Of a DNA stretch of 64,000 nt, positions 42,599-56,206 are shown in pieces. The DNA is from Octopus vulgaris (lineage: Eukaryota), in NCBI GenBank assembly GCA_951406725.2, contig OX597823.1, positions 40,858,001 to 40,922,000 on the forward strand. The letters are read 5' to 3'. The notes under the pieces are model-generated. The model did not search any database and was not told the origin of the DNA. It was given only the letters and a program-made list of their open reading frames with translations. The translations under genes and the position numbers were made by a program. Each line of letters begins with the position of its first letter. Position 1 is the stretch's first letter.

Positions 42599-42804
42599 GA
42601 CACAGACAATTAAAGAAATTATGTACACATTTCTGAGAGAGAGAGAGAGAGAGAGAGAAGTGGAGACAGAAATGGACGTAACAAATGTGGCAAACGTATT
42701 TGCGTATTTCTCTGTGTGACTGAATGTATTTTACCCCGCGTGCAATTCAAATTAAGTCTATATGATATAAATTTTTGTCTCTTTCTGATACACTATATGT
42801 TCTC

Positions 42805-43015
42805 TTCTAATCTAAGCACAAGGCTCGAAATTTTGGGGGAGGGTGCCAGTCAATTATATTAACCCCAGTATGTAACTGGTGCTTAATTTATCGATCCCGA
42901 AAGGATGAAAGGCAAAGTAGACCTCGGCGGAATTTGAACTCAGAACGTAAAGACAGACGAAATACTGCTAAACATTTCGCCCATCGTGCTAGCGTTTCTG
43001 TCAGCTAGCTACCTT
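42805..43015 (-). mobile_element. SINE family B
   Basis: Reverse-complement match to 4950-5170. Confidence 0.85.
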
Positions 43016-43056
43016 TGATACGCTATATATTAGAGCAGAATTTAGCATTTTAACAA

Positions 43057-43145
<89 letters not shown>

Positions 43146-43837
43146 AATAAATAAATAAATAAATAAATAAACTATACATTTATACAGCGTAGCGCAAATA
43201 ATTACATAAAGTGGCTGTTCACGTGTATACCTGTCTAAATGCATATGTGGGCATGTATCTGTGTGTGTATGTGTCTGTAACCATCCTAATCATTCTTAGC
43301 CCAATGCTATGTATTTTCACAAGCAATGCTTTTTAAGGAGGATTTCCACATTTGTCTCTTGTCTCCATGAACGTGTTAAATATGACGGCACTCAGCTTTA
43401 TTCTAATCACCAATGCTTTGTATACCGTTAATTACCTAGGTCTTCGTTATCCAGTCTGTCTTGATTTTGTTTATAGGCGCTATAGTTTAATTGGAGGAAG
43501 ACCTAATTCCTATTTCCAGCATATTATGCAGCCACACAGTCTCCTTGGATGACTTCTTCTACTTGGTATTGTTACATAGCCCCAGAAATGTTCTGATTGA
43601 GTGAACCCGTGGTCAAAAGCAAGCCAACCGTGGCTAACTTTGGTTTCTCTTGCCCAATATAAAGATAACCACATACACGCGCAAACTCACACATGTGCGA
43701 CCATCGAGCATTGGGGATAATAATAAAGTTTGCTTTGAACTATATTCTACTTGCTAAAACTTTGCAACTGAATGCCATATTGTAATGCCAAATATAATGC
43801 AGGACAGAAATGAATTCAATGATACAACACTTCTCAA

Positions 43838-44110
43838 GGCGCGTAGCCTATTCGCTAAGGTATTCCGCTAATGATCACCAGGGTTCAATTCATGGGCCAG
43901 GCACTGTGGTACGCCCTTGAACAACGCACGGCGCTTCCTGTTGTTACACTCTACTCCACTGAAAATAAAGTGGTGGCCGATAACGAGCGAAGTTCTCTGT
44001 CACATCCTGGATGTGCTGCCGGTATATATGTGAGGAGGCTCAGGAGGTGCCACGGTCTGTTCGTGACTATACTAAACACCTCGAAAGCGAAAGTGTGATA
44101 CAACAACCTA
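43838..44110 (+). mobile_element. Old tRNA-derived SINE (family D)
   Basis: ggcgcgtagcc...gggttcaatt head. Body resembles 21318-21560. Confidence 0.55.
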
Positions 44111-44199
44111 GTCATACTAGACGGTGAATAATAGCTGGATACAATACAACAAATCAACTTTTGTGGAAATAACATAGATTTCTAATATCGATCTTTAAC

Positions 44200-44395
44200 A
44201 AAGGTACAAAAGGTATAAAATTTGGATAATAGTGACGTATAACCTATTAGTTCAGTACTAGAAGTACTTTTTACCGAAATAAAATGTAATTCAAAATCGA
44301 TCAAGATGGGATTTGAACTCAAAACTTAATGAACCGTTATCAAATGCGGCAAAAAATCTTTGGTCCATCTTTCTAAAGATGCTACCAATCTACCA
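44200..44395 (-). mobile_element. SINE family B, old
   Basis: Residual gggatttgaactca and gtactt motifs. Confidence 0.5.
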
Positions 44396-44952
44396 TTCTC
44401 AGGATATTAAAATAAAATACATCAGATTGCGAGGAAAATGTTCTATAGGATGTTTTTGTTGTTTAATTCGTATTTGGGTGCATGCGTAGAAAATATTTAT
44501 CTGCAGATTAAGGTCGGTGTTTCCGCATCACCCGAAGCCTCCTAGCGTCTTTCGAATCGGAATTAGATAAAACCAATAAGAATAGAATATAAAGATATCA
44601 AGGAAATGCTTAAAACCCAAATGTCTATCATTCAAACAGGAATAAGAGGTAAAAAGAGGGACACGATGTGGTGTTGGGGGCGGGAGAGGAAAAAGATATT
44701 GAAAAAGATATTAAAATGGAGAAGGAATGTGTATGAAAAAGAGAGTGAAAATAAATGTGCATGGAACTAGATAAAGAATGACAGTGAAGGATAGTATGAG
44801 AGATATTGCGAAAGGGATTTATTGTAAGACACGTGCACACGTGACACACAAAGACAGAGAAAATGAGACTGGTTTACAACCTGAAAAGGAAACATACATA
44901 CATCGATCCATCCATCCATCCATATGTATGTGTATGTGTGTATATATGTACG

Positions 44953-45002
<50 letters not shown>

Positions 45003-45341
45003 ACAATACATAAATATATAATTTTATATGCATACATACACACACATACATATCACTATATAAATACAAACACAGACACAGACACACATATATATATATA
45101 TATTTATGTATTCGTGAAGTGTGATTTCAATTGCCTGACATAGACATATAAGCGTTATTTAGAACTCTGTGTGCATCCTTATTCATCGAAAGGGAAAACG
45201 GAGAAGAGAACTCACATATTATATTCTCACTTTCCTTTCATTGGTTTTCATCCCTGAAAAGATTACAGTGCACACACAGGAAAAACAAAAAATGTTAACG
45301 ATGCAGCAGCACTAGTTATACTCTCTCTCTCTCTCTCTCTC

Positions 45342-45372
<31 letters not shown>

Positions 45373-46390
45373 GTTTCTCTGCTTCTCTCTGTGTCTGTTT
45401 CTCTCTTACTCGCTCTCTATTTTTATGCATACAATTATACACACACATATGCATACGCGTGCTCGAGCAGTCCTTTAGATGGTCATTAACATAAAGTGAG
45501 TTATCTCCCCACAATGCGAGTTGGGATTAGAAATTTGAATTTGGTATCGAAGAATATGAAAAGATGCGACGAGTTCGCATATATAAATAGCTGTATAAAT
45601 ATATATAGCAAAATTGTTTTTTTGTCTTTTTATTGTATTTCTGTTTATTGGTAATCATATATAGTACTATACCATCCTTTTGCGGAATTTTGAGCCTGGC
45701 TCTATACACACACACCCAAACAAGGCAGACAAGGTGTGTATGTGTATGCATCTTTGAGCTTACTTCAATCGATTAACTTCATTACAGAATACGCCTTGTA
45801 TTATATAGACTTAATCTTGAACTCTGAAAATGTAGCACCATTTCCAGAACAGATTCAGAACTATAAACAACATCCGCTGCTTTCCATTACTACTATTAGA
45901 ACTGCTAATTCTACTACAGCTACTCCTGATGCTCTTGTGGAATGATCGAGTAACAATTGAAATAATATCTTAATTGTAGCATATCTTTAATTGGAGCATG
46001 TTAAGAGTACAATAACTTTGCTTCTTATTAAACATGGCGTGAAGTAATTCAATGTGATCGATGATCCACTTGTGGCGAAGGAAATGTCCGAAACGCTTTT
46101 GCGATTCATCTACCATTTTATCACTTCCATCAACGAGAACAATTGTTATCTTTATTTCATAGTTTATTGTTGTGCTATACTTTTTTCTCTTCTCTGTTTA
46201 TTTGCTTTGTTTATTTTTATTGTTGATCTGACTGTACTTGACTGTTCAGTTTATGCAGCATTTTCTCAATATGATTCCTAACAATCTCTCCACTTTCATT
46301 TGTGTAAAATATACCTATGCATAAATCTATCTATCTATCTGTCTGTCTATCTATCTGTCTGTCTGTCAGACTGTCAGTCTGGTTATCTGG

Positions 46391-46424
<34 letters not shown>

Positions 46425-46441
46425 TTCTATCAATCTATATG

Positions 46442-46483
<42 letters not shown>

Positions 46484-46484
46484 C

Positions 46485-46572
<88 letters not shown>

Positions 46573-46582
46573 ATCTATCTAC

Positions 46583-46638
<56 letters not shown>

Positions 46639-46851
46639 ACTGCTGCCTAAATAAATTATTTATATCTAGATATACATGTGTGTGCGCCGTACATGTATGT
46701 GTGTGTATGTGAAGAGTAGATAGAGAGCCGATAACTGATGAAGGGTCCTTTCTCTGTACTTACTTGTCCTGTTTCTCCATCTTTTCTCGTTGTTTATGTA
46801 TTTAACTCGTTTGTTTACGTACTTCATGTTATTCGCACCCAGATATGTATG

Positions 46852-46902
<51 letters not shown>

Positions 46903-47540
46903 TGGCCTGCTCGCTTAGCCTGCGGAGTGGCGTCATTTGAAGGCTAAAACAGTGCGAATCGTATTGTGACCAGCGATGTGTAGCAACATCTGATGGCCTG
47001 GTCGGTCACGGTGACGGTGATATATATATTTATATATATACGTCCTGTACCCGTATATGCATGTATATATATCTTATCTACTATCTATTATTCAACTGAA
47101 CGCCAAGCATCCATTCTCTCTCTCCTATCTTTTCTCTTTTCAAAAAGATGTTTCTCACAGCATTCATTATTTTCCTCTCGCTCTGGACTATCGACCTTCC
47201 ATGTCTGTTTTCATTTCGTTTCTTTTATTTCTCCACTGTCATGTTTTTAGAATTTATGAGAGAAACTGTCCTCGAAGACTCATTTTGTCGTTGAATGGTC
47301 AAAAATGAATCTATCTGTCTGCCTCTCTGTCTGTCTATTGATACTGTTGCATAAATAACTTATTTATATATAGATATACATGTGTGTGTATGTAAGTGGG
47401 AGTGTGTGTGCATGAGTGAGAGGATTAGATAGACAGCCGACAACTGATGAAGGGTTCTTTCTCTGTGTTTACTTGTCCTGTTTTCCTTTTTTTTCTCGTT
47501 TGTTTACGTATTTCATGTCGTTTGCACTGTTGGTGACGTC

Positions 47541-47582
<42 letters not shown>

Positions 47583-47584
<2 letters not shown>

Positions 47585-47790
47585 CGGGAAGCTTTATGAA
47601 AATAAGCAAAAGACGAAGGCAGGTGGAATACAACCAAACAATTGTATTAGTATGGCGCTCAGGAATATAAATAAAACAAGTCCTTTACGTTTCGAGCCTA
47701 CGCTCTTCAACAGAAAGATACACAGAAAAGAAACACGGAGAGAAACAAGGAGAGAAACAAAATGCGTGCAGAAGCTAGCGAATCAACATT
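47583..47790 (-). mobile_element. Penelope-type terminal repeat (pLTR-like) with hammerhead-like motif, inverted relative to the GIY-YIG remnant
   Basis: Minus strand 47717-47682 reads CUUU CUGUUGA A GAGC guag GCUC GAAA CG UA AAGG. It starts at a (TA)n run. Confidence 0.7.
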
Positions 47791-47819
47791 ATATATATTA
47801 TTTACTATTTATTATTTAA

Positions 47820-48253
47820 TTGAACGGCAAACACCTGTGAGGTTAAAGGTAACTGCAAATGAAAAATGTTGTATATAAAGTATATATATAGCCACTATTA
47901 CTATCAGGATCTCTCTAGGTTCCATGATATAGGTTGCACATAGACCCCTTTTAAATTACGTTTGAATAATCATAAATCATATTTTAATGATCCACGGAAA
48001 GAAAATAGTACTACTTTATCCAAAAAGGTATGGCAATTTAAAAGAGATAACATATAAAAGAGATAAGTTTTCAATTTCTTGGAATATTGTTTCTTCTGCC
48101 CCTTCTTATAGGCTTAGAAATAGAACTTGTCCGCTTTGCCTAGAGGAGTCTTATATAATTATGAAAATGAACGGTTCTATCTTAAATTCGAGAGATGAAA
48201 GAGTTTTTTCTTGTAAGCATGTGTCCAAATTCCTCTTCATTAACCTTAAATAG
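47820..48253 (+). pseudogene. Penelope-like element GIY-YIG endonuclease remnant
   Basis: Frameshifted translation: CEVKGNC..NVVYK...IGCT*TPFKLRLNNHKSYF..NSTTLSKKVW..WNIVSSAPSY...CPLCLEE...LNSRDE...CKH..KF. This is the C-terminal GIY-YIG signature of invertebrate PLEs. Confidence 0.85.
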
Positions 48254-48374
48254 TTTTATTGATTACCTCCTCCCATTTTTATTCTTAGATTTTTAGTGTA
48301 TGTTTATCTTCTCGGTGTGTGCATGCATGTATGTGTGCCGGTGTGACTATGTTTATGCAATTGTGTTCTTGGTT

Positions 48375-48427
<53 letters not shown>

Positions 48428-49597
48428 CTATATACAAGTATATATATATGTGTATATGTGTGTATATATGTAAACGTATATGTGTGTATGCGTTTGTGTA
48501 TATATATATGTGTATATGTATATAGAAATGTATATGTATATATATACGTTTTTGTTGTGAATGCGTGCTCCTTTATTATTTTTATTTCTTTGTATCCATC
48601 CCTTATACACGCACCCTTATGTATGTGTGTGAGTATGTGTACGTGTGTGTTATATGTAGTGTATGTGCTGTGTATGCATGTGCCTATGTTTGAATGTATA
48701 TTTCTATGTCTTATGTGTATATGGCTCTTTTCTCTCTCTATTGTGAATTAATATATATTTTTTCTCCTTCATACATTCGTCTTTGTTTCTTATCATTTTC
48801 GGGTTTTTTCAATTGCCTCCCCTACCACTGGCAAGTTTTTTGAGTGGAGAAATTCTGCTGAACACACCGGCCTACTCTGTCTTTGATCGCAGTCTCTCTT
48901 TGAAGAAAACTCTTTCAATTTGTTTTTTTGTTTTTGTCCCTGCTTTCATTTTCAAACATGGTCTTGTTCATCAACTTTAAGCTTCTGCTAAATAATATAT
49001 TTACTTGTCTTTCAATAATATTATTATTTATACGTATAACCCTGTATGGCTTTCTTATGCTAGTGAAGTTGTTATATTGTACTCTAATAAGCACGTGTGG
49101 CCTTATTTACACTGTATTTCGTCTAGAACGGTGTCTATTATTGTTATTTTTTAAACACATCCGTCAGATTATTATCGTTGATATTATTTTTCCCGTTCAC
49201 GACTTGGTTTGTAAATTACTCGATTTCTTTTATTGCCCCATCTGTATTCTCTTATTGTATCTTATTTTATTTTTATTTTATTTTTATCTAATTTTACTTC
49301 ATCGTATTAAACTTTTTTTTATGTCCTTGGAAAGATTCCTCATTGATGAGAATGACAATGCATAAATTAAATTTTAAATTTTATTTTTATTTTTATTCTT
49401 AATTTTAAATTTTTTTATTTTCAGTTATAATTATAATCACTATGATTAATTTTTTTTTCTTACATTTTTGCATTGTTTTTCGAAACGTATGTATGCATTA
49501 AATCCAGCTTTATAATAAATCTATTTCTGTTTCAACATCTTTTCTTCATTTTTTATACTTCTTTATGGTATATTCTTATACCTATAACGACTTTCTC

Positions 49598-49628
<31 letters not shown>

Positions 49629-49826
49629 GGGGTGGGGTGTATGAGTGAGTGTTTGCGTTTTTTGAGTATACATATATATGTGTTATATATATACTCACAC
49701 ACGCTCATATGTGCGTGCGCATGTGCAACCAAGTCCTTTTCAAGTTGTAAACAGCTTCACCCCTTCACCCTTTGTTTTTCTGTTCCCTTGACTTATTTCT
49801 CACTGTCTTTTTTTCATGTTTAAAGC

Positions 49827-49891
<65 letters not shown>

Positions 49892-51951
49892 TTCCTTAAT
49901 TTTTCAATGAAAAACTTATTCTTTTAAGATAATGATTGCTTCTGGCACCTTTTCAACTGGAGCTAAGTGTGTATAAATAATTCAAGCAGTGGGAAAAAAA
50001 AAATTCTTTGTTGTGAGGAGCAAGAGGAATCTAACGTTTCGGTAGAACACTTCATGCGAGATAAAATAAATGTCGACTAGTGTTGAGGAATAAATAGTCT
50101 AGTGTTAATGTGTGGGTGAATGGAGAAGGGAGAAGAGCAGGATGTGGTAGTGACTGTTAAAGGAAGAAGGGAGTACAGTAGCAGGAGATAGATAAAAGAA
50201 GCTTCCGCAGATATGAAAAAAACACAAAATGTTGATGGCTGAGGAGGTGATGACGGTCGAATGTTACAGTGACATAAATACATGTGCACACAGAAACGCA
50301 CATGCAACCACGCAACATGGATGCACGCATATATATTTAACAAGAAAGTAAATAGAAGAAAATTATTTGAGAACTTTATCATGAATAAAAGAAAGTATTT
50401 ACATTTCTTGAATATATGCTACAGGTTTCGTTCACTCTAAAACACTACTTAGTCATGCTGCAACAAAAGGGAAAAGACATATGCATGCATGTGGAGTGTG
50501 GTGTGGTTTGTGCGTGTGTTTCTGTGAGTATGTGTGGTGTGGTGTTTGTGCGTGTGTGTGTGTGTGTGTGTGGACAAGACATTCAAACTTTATAGATCTG
50601 CCATAGAGATATAAAAAGCTCACAACTAAACGCAATACTAAAATGCACGCACACAGACAATACACACATATTACAAACAAAATTCAAACCTGGTGATAAT
50701 GTAATATATCTAACATCTTAAGATCCCTGGTAAAAGTCTACACGATTGGTATTGGGAAGCTATAAAAGAGGCAGTTATACAAGTCAATATTTCATATTGG
50801 GAATACGAGGCTGTCAAATACAAGAAACAGTGATGAATTATCTTAGTTTATTGCCCAAAAAATATTAAAAAACTATAAGGGTTTCGTAGGGCGAAATAAA
50901 AGGAAATGTACTTAAAAAGATAAAACTTGCACTTATTCATGTTTTACATAAATGCATGTGTGTATAAATTTGTATATACATGTCAATGAGAATGGATGTA
51001 CATGTATATATATTTATATGTATATATGTTTATAAGCAAATATATGTAGGTATACACACGTACACACACATATATATATATGTACACACACACACAGAGA
51101 AAGAGTGGTGCTGCTTCTATACCGTATTGAAGAGTGAAGCTTTGATTTTGATTTTGATCAAATGCATTCATGTGTCAATCAATTTTCACTGATCATAGTT
51201 ACTGTTACAGCTTTTCCGAAGGCAAATCTATCGGCGTCAATAGTAACAACGACGAAGTAGTTTGATGGTTATAGACTACAGAAGTATTGTCGAAGTGATC
51301 TTTGTTGATGATATAGTCGTCATCATCTTCACAGTCGTCGTTGTAGTTGTTCTCCAACTGTTGTGATACCTATTTGATCATCACCTTTAGCCTTTATATC
51401 TCAACTATAGAGCGTAACGCTGCAATTAATATTAGTGACATACACTATATATCACAATCGTTACTGGAGACATCTCTGTACGAATGTTTTATTCACAAAT
51501 GTTCGCGAACACGCATGTAGCATTATAGTGAGTGCTACGCACGTGCGTGCGTGTATGTGTGTGTGCATGTGTGTGTGCGTGTGTGTGCGTGTGTGTGCGT
51601 GTGTGTGTGTATGTGTGTTTGTGTGTGTATTTCTGTGTGTATGACAGTGTATTTGACTCACCAGCGAAAACTGACAATATTTCAACGCTTTGTTGATCAC
51701 AATGAAAATGCGTAGCACCTTGTAGTATCTACTTACAGCTGGGTAGACTGGGGCGTAATAAATGGTCTACAAGCTGACACTGAAGCCTCGGTGGACAGCA
51801 CAGCTATTATCGATTCTTCGATTGGTAGTTCGCCGCAATGCTGCTTACGTCGATACACAAACGAGCACACACATGCTCGCGTATCTCTGTTTTTATACAA
51901 TATATATGTGTTATATATAAAATAGACACACGCGAGCATGTGTGTGTTTGT

Positions 51952-51983
<32 letters not shown>

Positions 51984-52139
51984 TTCATTACATATGTATA
52001 TGTACCTAATTCATTGCATATATGTACATTTATATATATACATATATAGTTTATATATATATATATATATAGTTCATATATAGTTCATTACATATATATA
52101 TATGTACCTAATTCATTGCATATATATATATTTATTTAT

Positions 52140-52171
<32 letters not shown>

Positions 52172-52498
52172 CTTTGTGTTGTGTACCTGCATGTTATCAT
52201 TTTCACTCCAACGTTACTTTACTTCATGCACCAGTTCTTTTGAAAACACCAAAACACCAAGCGAAACTTGGTGTCATATTTATTTTGATGTTTAGTACAA
52301 GTGAGCAACTGGAAAACTGGAATACATCTGAGGTATAGCATTCATTTTCCACGTTTTGCCTTTGTTGATATAACTGGCTTCTTGAAAACGATGTTTTCTT
52401 TCTCTCTCACAGGTGCGTGCACTCTCTGTGCACTTGTACATATACACACACAAATACACATGTACACATGTTCGAGATTCTTCTATGTGTGTGGAAGC

Positions 52499-52572
<74 letters not shown>

Positions 52573-52667
52573 ATGCGCATGTGTATGTGGTGTTAGTGGA
52601 TATCTTTGAATGCACGCAAACACGCGTGCGCATATATCTATAGTTTAATACGAGTGTATGTGAGTAT

Positions 52668-52712
<45 letters not shown>

Positions 52713-52716
<4 letters not shown>

Positions 52717-53141
52717 TGCGTGGTAAGAAGCTTGCTTTCCAACCAAATGGTTCCAGGTTCAGTACCATCACGTGGCACCTTGGGCAAGTGTCTTCTGCTG
52801 CAGCCTCAGGCCGACCAAAGCCTTGTCAGTGGATTTGGTAGACAGAAAGTAAAAGACGTCCGTCGTATACACACACTCACACACACACACACATACACAC
52901 ACATATATATATATGTATATATATATATGAATGTGTGTATTTGTGAGTCTGTTTTGTCCCCTTCCCCAGCATTGCTTGACGACCGACGTTGATGTGTTTA
53001 CGCCCCGTAACTTTTTGCAGTTCAGTAAAAGATTCCGATAGAATAAGTACTAGGCCTTACAAAGAGTAAGTCTTGGGGTAGATTTGTTAGACTAAAGGCG
53101 GTGCTCCAGCATGGGCACAGTCAAATAACTGAAATAAAAGA
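52713..53141 (+). mobile_element. SINE family A
   Basis: Same A/B boxes, core and 3' part as the other copies. Confidence 0.88.
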
Positions 53142-53596
53142 ATATATATATATATATACATGCGTGCACCCACACACACACACATATACATATGTGTGTG
53201 TGTTCATATGATTGAAATGATTTATATGCACATGTGTTGTGTGCGTATATATATTGGTCTTACTCACACAAGCACACAAGCATGATACATACGACACACA
53301 CACAACACACACACACATACACACATATTTGGATAAGAAAGAAGACGTGGAGCGTGAGTAGGAAAGAGTAGGAATAAGCGACGTATTCTTTAGGTACATG
53401 GATTTTCTTTTTCTTTATATTACATGAAAAACTAGCTGTTGTAATATTTTAAACAGCTGGAAAAGGTGCGAATATAACAAGATTGCCAAATGATATGACG
53501 GTAATATAATAAATCTGAAAACTGAGATGATAGATTTACGAAACTACATTCAAGAGAGAATTAATTAACCGGGGAGTTTACGTATATATATATATA

Positions 53597-53810
53597 GTTA
53601 ATCAAAACAAGAAAGCACAAAAAACACAACAACGCGAGGACGTGGAACAAATATAGTATTATTGGACGCTCAGGTAAGAAGGAAAGAAGGAGGGTTTAAC
53701 GTTTCGAGCGGAGCTCTTCGTCGGAAACATAGGAGAAGGAAAGATCCAGAGAAGGGAAGACAGAGGAAAGAAAATATCGCCAACGGTACACACGAGGTCA
53801 CATTTTGAAA
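53597..53810 (-). mobile_element. Same Penelope-type element, copy 3 (motif at 53694-53728)
   Basis: Direct sequence match to copies 1 and 2. ACG(TA)n occurs on both sides (53580 and 53811), like a target-site duplication. Confidence 0.78.
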
Positions 53811-53812
53811 AC

Positions 53813-53843
<31 letters not shown>

Positions 53844-53851
<8 letters not shown>

Positions 53852-53938
53852 GTGAAGTGAAGAAATGGAGCTAGAAAATAATAAAAGGAATTCTGTAGAA
53901 TCTTCGTTCAGCTCCATTTCTTCCCTTCACTAAATATA
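53844..53938. repeat. Hairpin with ~29-bp arms and one mismatch
   Basis: TATATTTAGTGAAGTGAAGAAATGGAGCT ... AGCTCCATTTCTTCCCTTCACTAAATATA. Confidence 0.9.
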
Positions 53939-54098
53939 TTAAACTTCAATTATCCGCGCTAAGGCACGGTTGCGACACCCCAAAGTCGTAACTTCAACCG
54001 TGTTTTTTCTGTTGTGATATTTGCTACCCAGGTTTCGGTTAAATTTTGAAAAATCCTTAACAAGATAATTCATTTATCCATTTCAATATATATATATA

Positions 54099-54133
<35 letters not shown>

Positions 54134-54884
54134 TGTATGTATGTATGTATGTGTGTGTGTGTATATGTGTGTGTGTATGTGTGTATGTATGTATGTATGT
54201 AATAAACACAAATGGTGTTTAAAATTTACAGCAGCTGTTTCGGTAGAAGTTCAAGCGCCATTTGTGTTTACTTGTTATACCTACTTCACATCAAGAACCC
54301 ACACCTGAGAGGAATCTATGGTTTAAATTGGATTTGGTGCTTTGACATTTATGATATCGTTCTGTTTTACAACAAAATTTATGAATCATCAATAGTGTTT
54401 CGACGCAGTCTTTCGTCCATCTAAAGATAGTAGCGAAATTTCATTCAGATCTTACTCTATATTCCAGAAAATAGTATGTGCACATTGATTAATGCAATCA
54501 TTGATACAAAACTGCAGGAAACTACAAAATCCCTAATTTGATAAAAAGAAAAAAAAAATAGGGTTACCGACTGAAAAACATCCGGCTTAAGAAAAAAATC
54601 ATCTTAACAATGTGTATCCGTCCAACCAATGTTGACATAGTAACACAGACGTAAAACAATATTTTTAACTGCTAATTAACACAATCAATAAAAGATATGA
54701 ATTGGATTCTACCAACAGAACAAACAACAGCTTTTATGTATAAACTCAATGGTATCAGTATTTAAATCTTGTAACGCAAAAGTCGTATGAACCGCCGTGG
54801 CTGGAACGTCGTTAAGAATCTGCTCGATAAAGGTTGACTGAAAGCTAATGTGATGCTGTAAAGGAAATGTGACTTTGCTTTGTC

Positions 54885-55288
54885 TTTGTCTTTTACTTGT
54901 TTTAGTCATTCTACTGCGGCCATGCTGGGGCACCTTCTTCGAGTGTTGTAAACGAATAAATCAGCAATACATATTCTATCGGTGTCTTGAGCCGAACTGC
55001 TAAGTTACATAGGCGTGAACAAACCAACAGTGATTGCCAAACCGCAGGGTGACAGACGCAAACACGAATACACACATACACACACACACACATATATATA
55101 TATACATATATACACATATAGATTTATACATATATATACACAACGGGCTTCTTTCACATTCCATCTACCAAATTCACCCACAAGGTATTGGTTGACCCAG
55201 GGCTACAGCAGAAAACACTTGTACAAGGTGCCACGTAGTGGAACTGAACCTGAAATTATTTGGTTGGGAGCAAACTTCTCATCACACT
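54885..55288 (-). mobile_element. SINE family A, diverged
   Basis: Collinear similarity to 1514-1930. Confidence 0.85.
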
Positions 55289-55980
55289 GCAAATATTTCT
55301 TTGGCTTCATTTTAAACAACGTGTCCTTCATCTACGAATATTCATTTCTTTGGTTGCTATTTTTGTTGTTATAGTGTATCTGCTATTGATGTTTCGTTGT
55401 ATGTTAATAAAATCATATTGACGGTTACACAAGCACTGAAGTACCATGCTACCAACTAACAGCGTCTCACTACAAATTCCTCTCTCTCCCTCTCTTTTTC
55501 TCACGCTCTTGTGTTACACATATATTAAGTTACTGAGTACTATTTATTTTCCGTTTAAATAAGAAATAAGTTAATTTCATAAACAGCTCCTACAAAAAAA
55601 AAAAAAAATGAAAGAAAAAATCTATATATTGCTTCCTAAGAAATATTCAACCTTATCTATCGATCTACAATAATGACTCGGTATGAACATTGAGAACAAA
55701 TATAATACTTGCTGGTCACTATTCAAAAGAACACAGTTATTAAATGAATCATAAAGAACATTGCACCATCTTTTTTTTTTCCTGAGTATCGATGGTGATG
55801 GTGGCGGTTTAGTGGTGGTGGTGGTGGCAGCTAGGCAGAACGACGATGGCACTGTTCTTAAATTGTTTCATAGCTGGTGTATTTGCTATTGTATGCTTGT
55901 ATTTATGTATGCAAATACCTAATGCATATGAGTATGGGTGCGTCTGTGCGTTCGCGTATGTATGTACACCCCACCACCAC

Positions 55981-56041
<61 letters not shown>

Positions 56042-56165
56042 ATGTATGTATGTACGTATGTATGTATGTATGTATGTATGTATATGTATATATATATATG
56101 TGCACATATATATATGTTTATATATGTATGTATAGTTATATATGAGTATATACGATTACGTGTGC

Positions 56166-56206
<41 letters not shown>

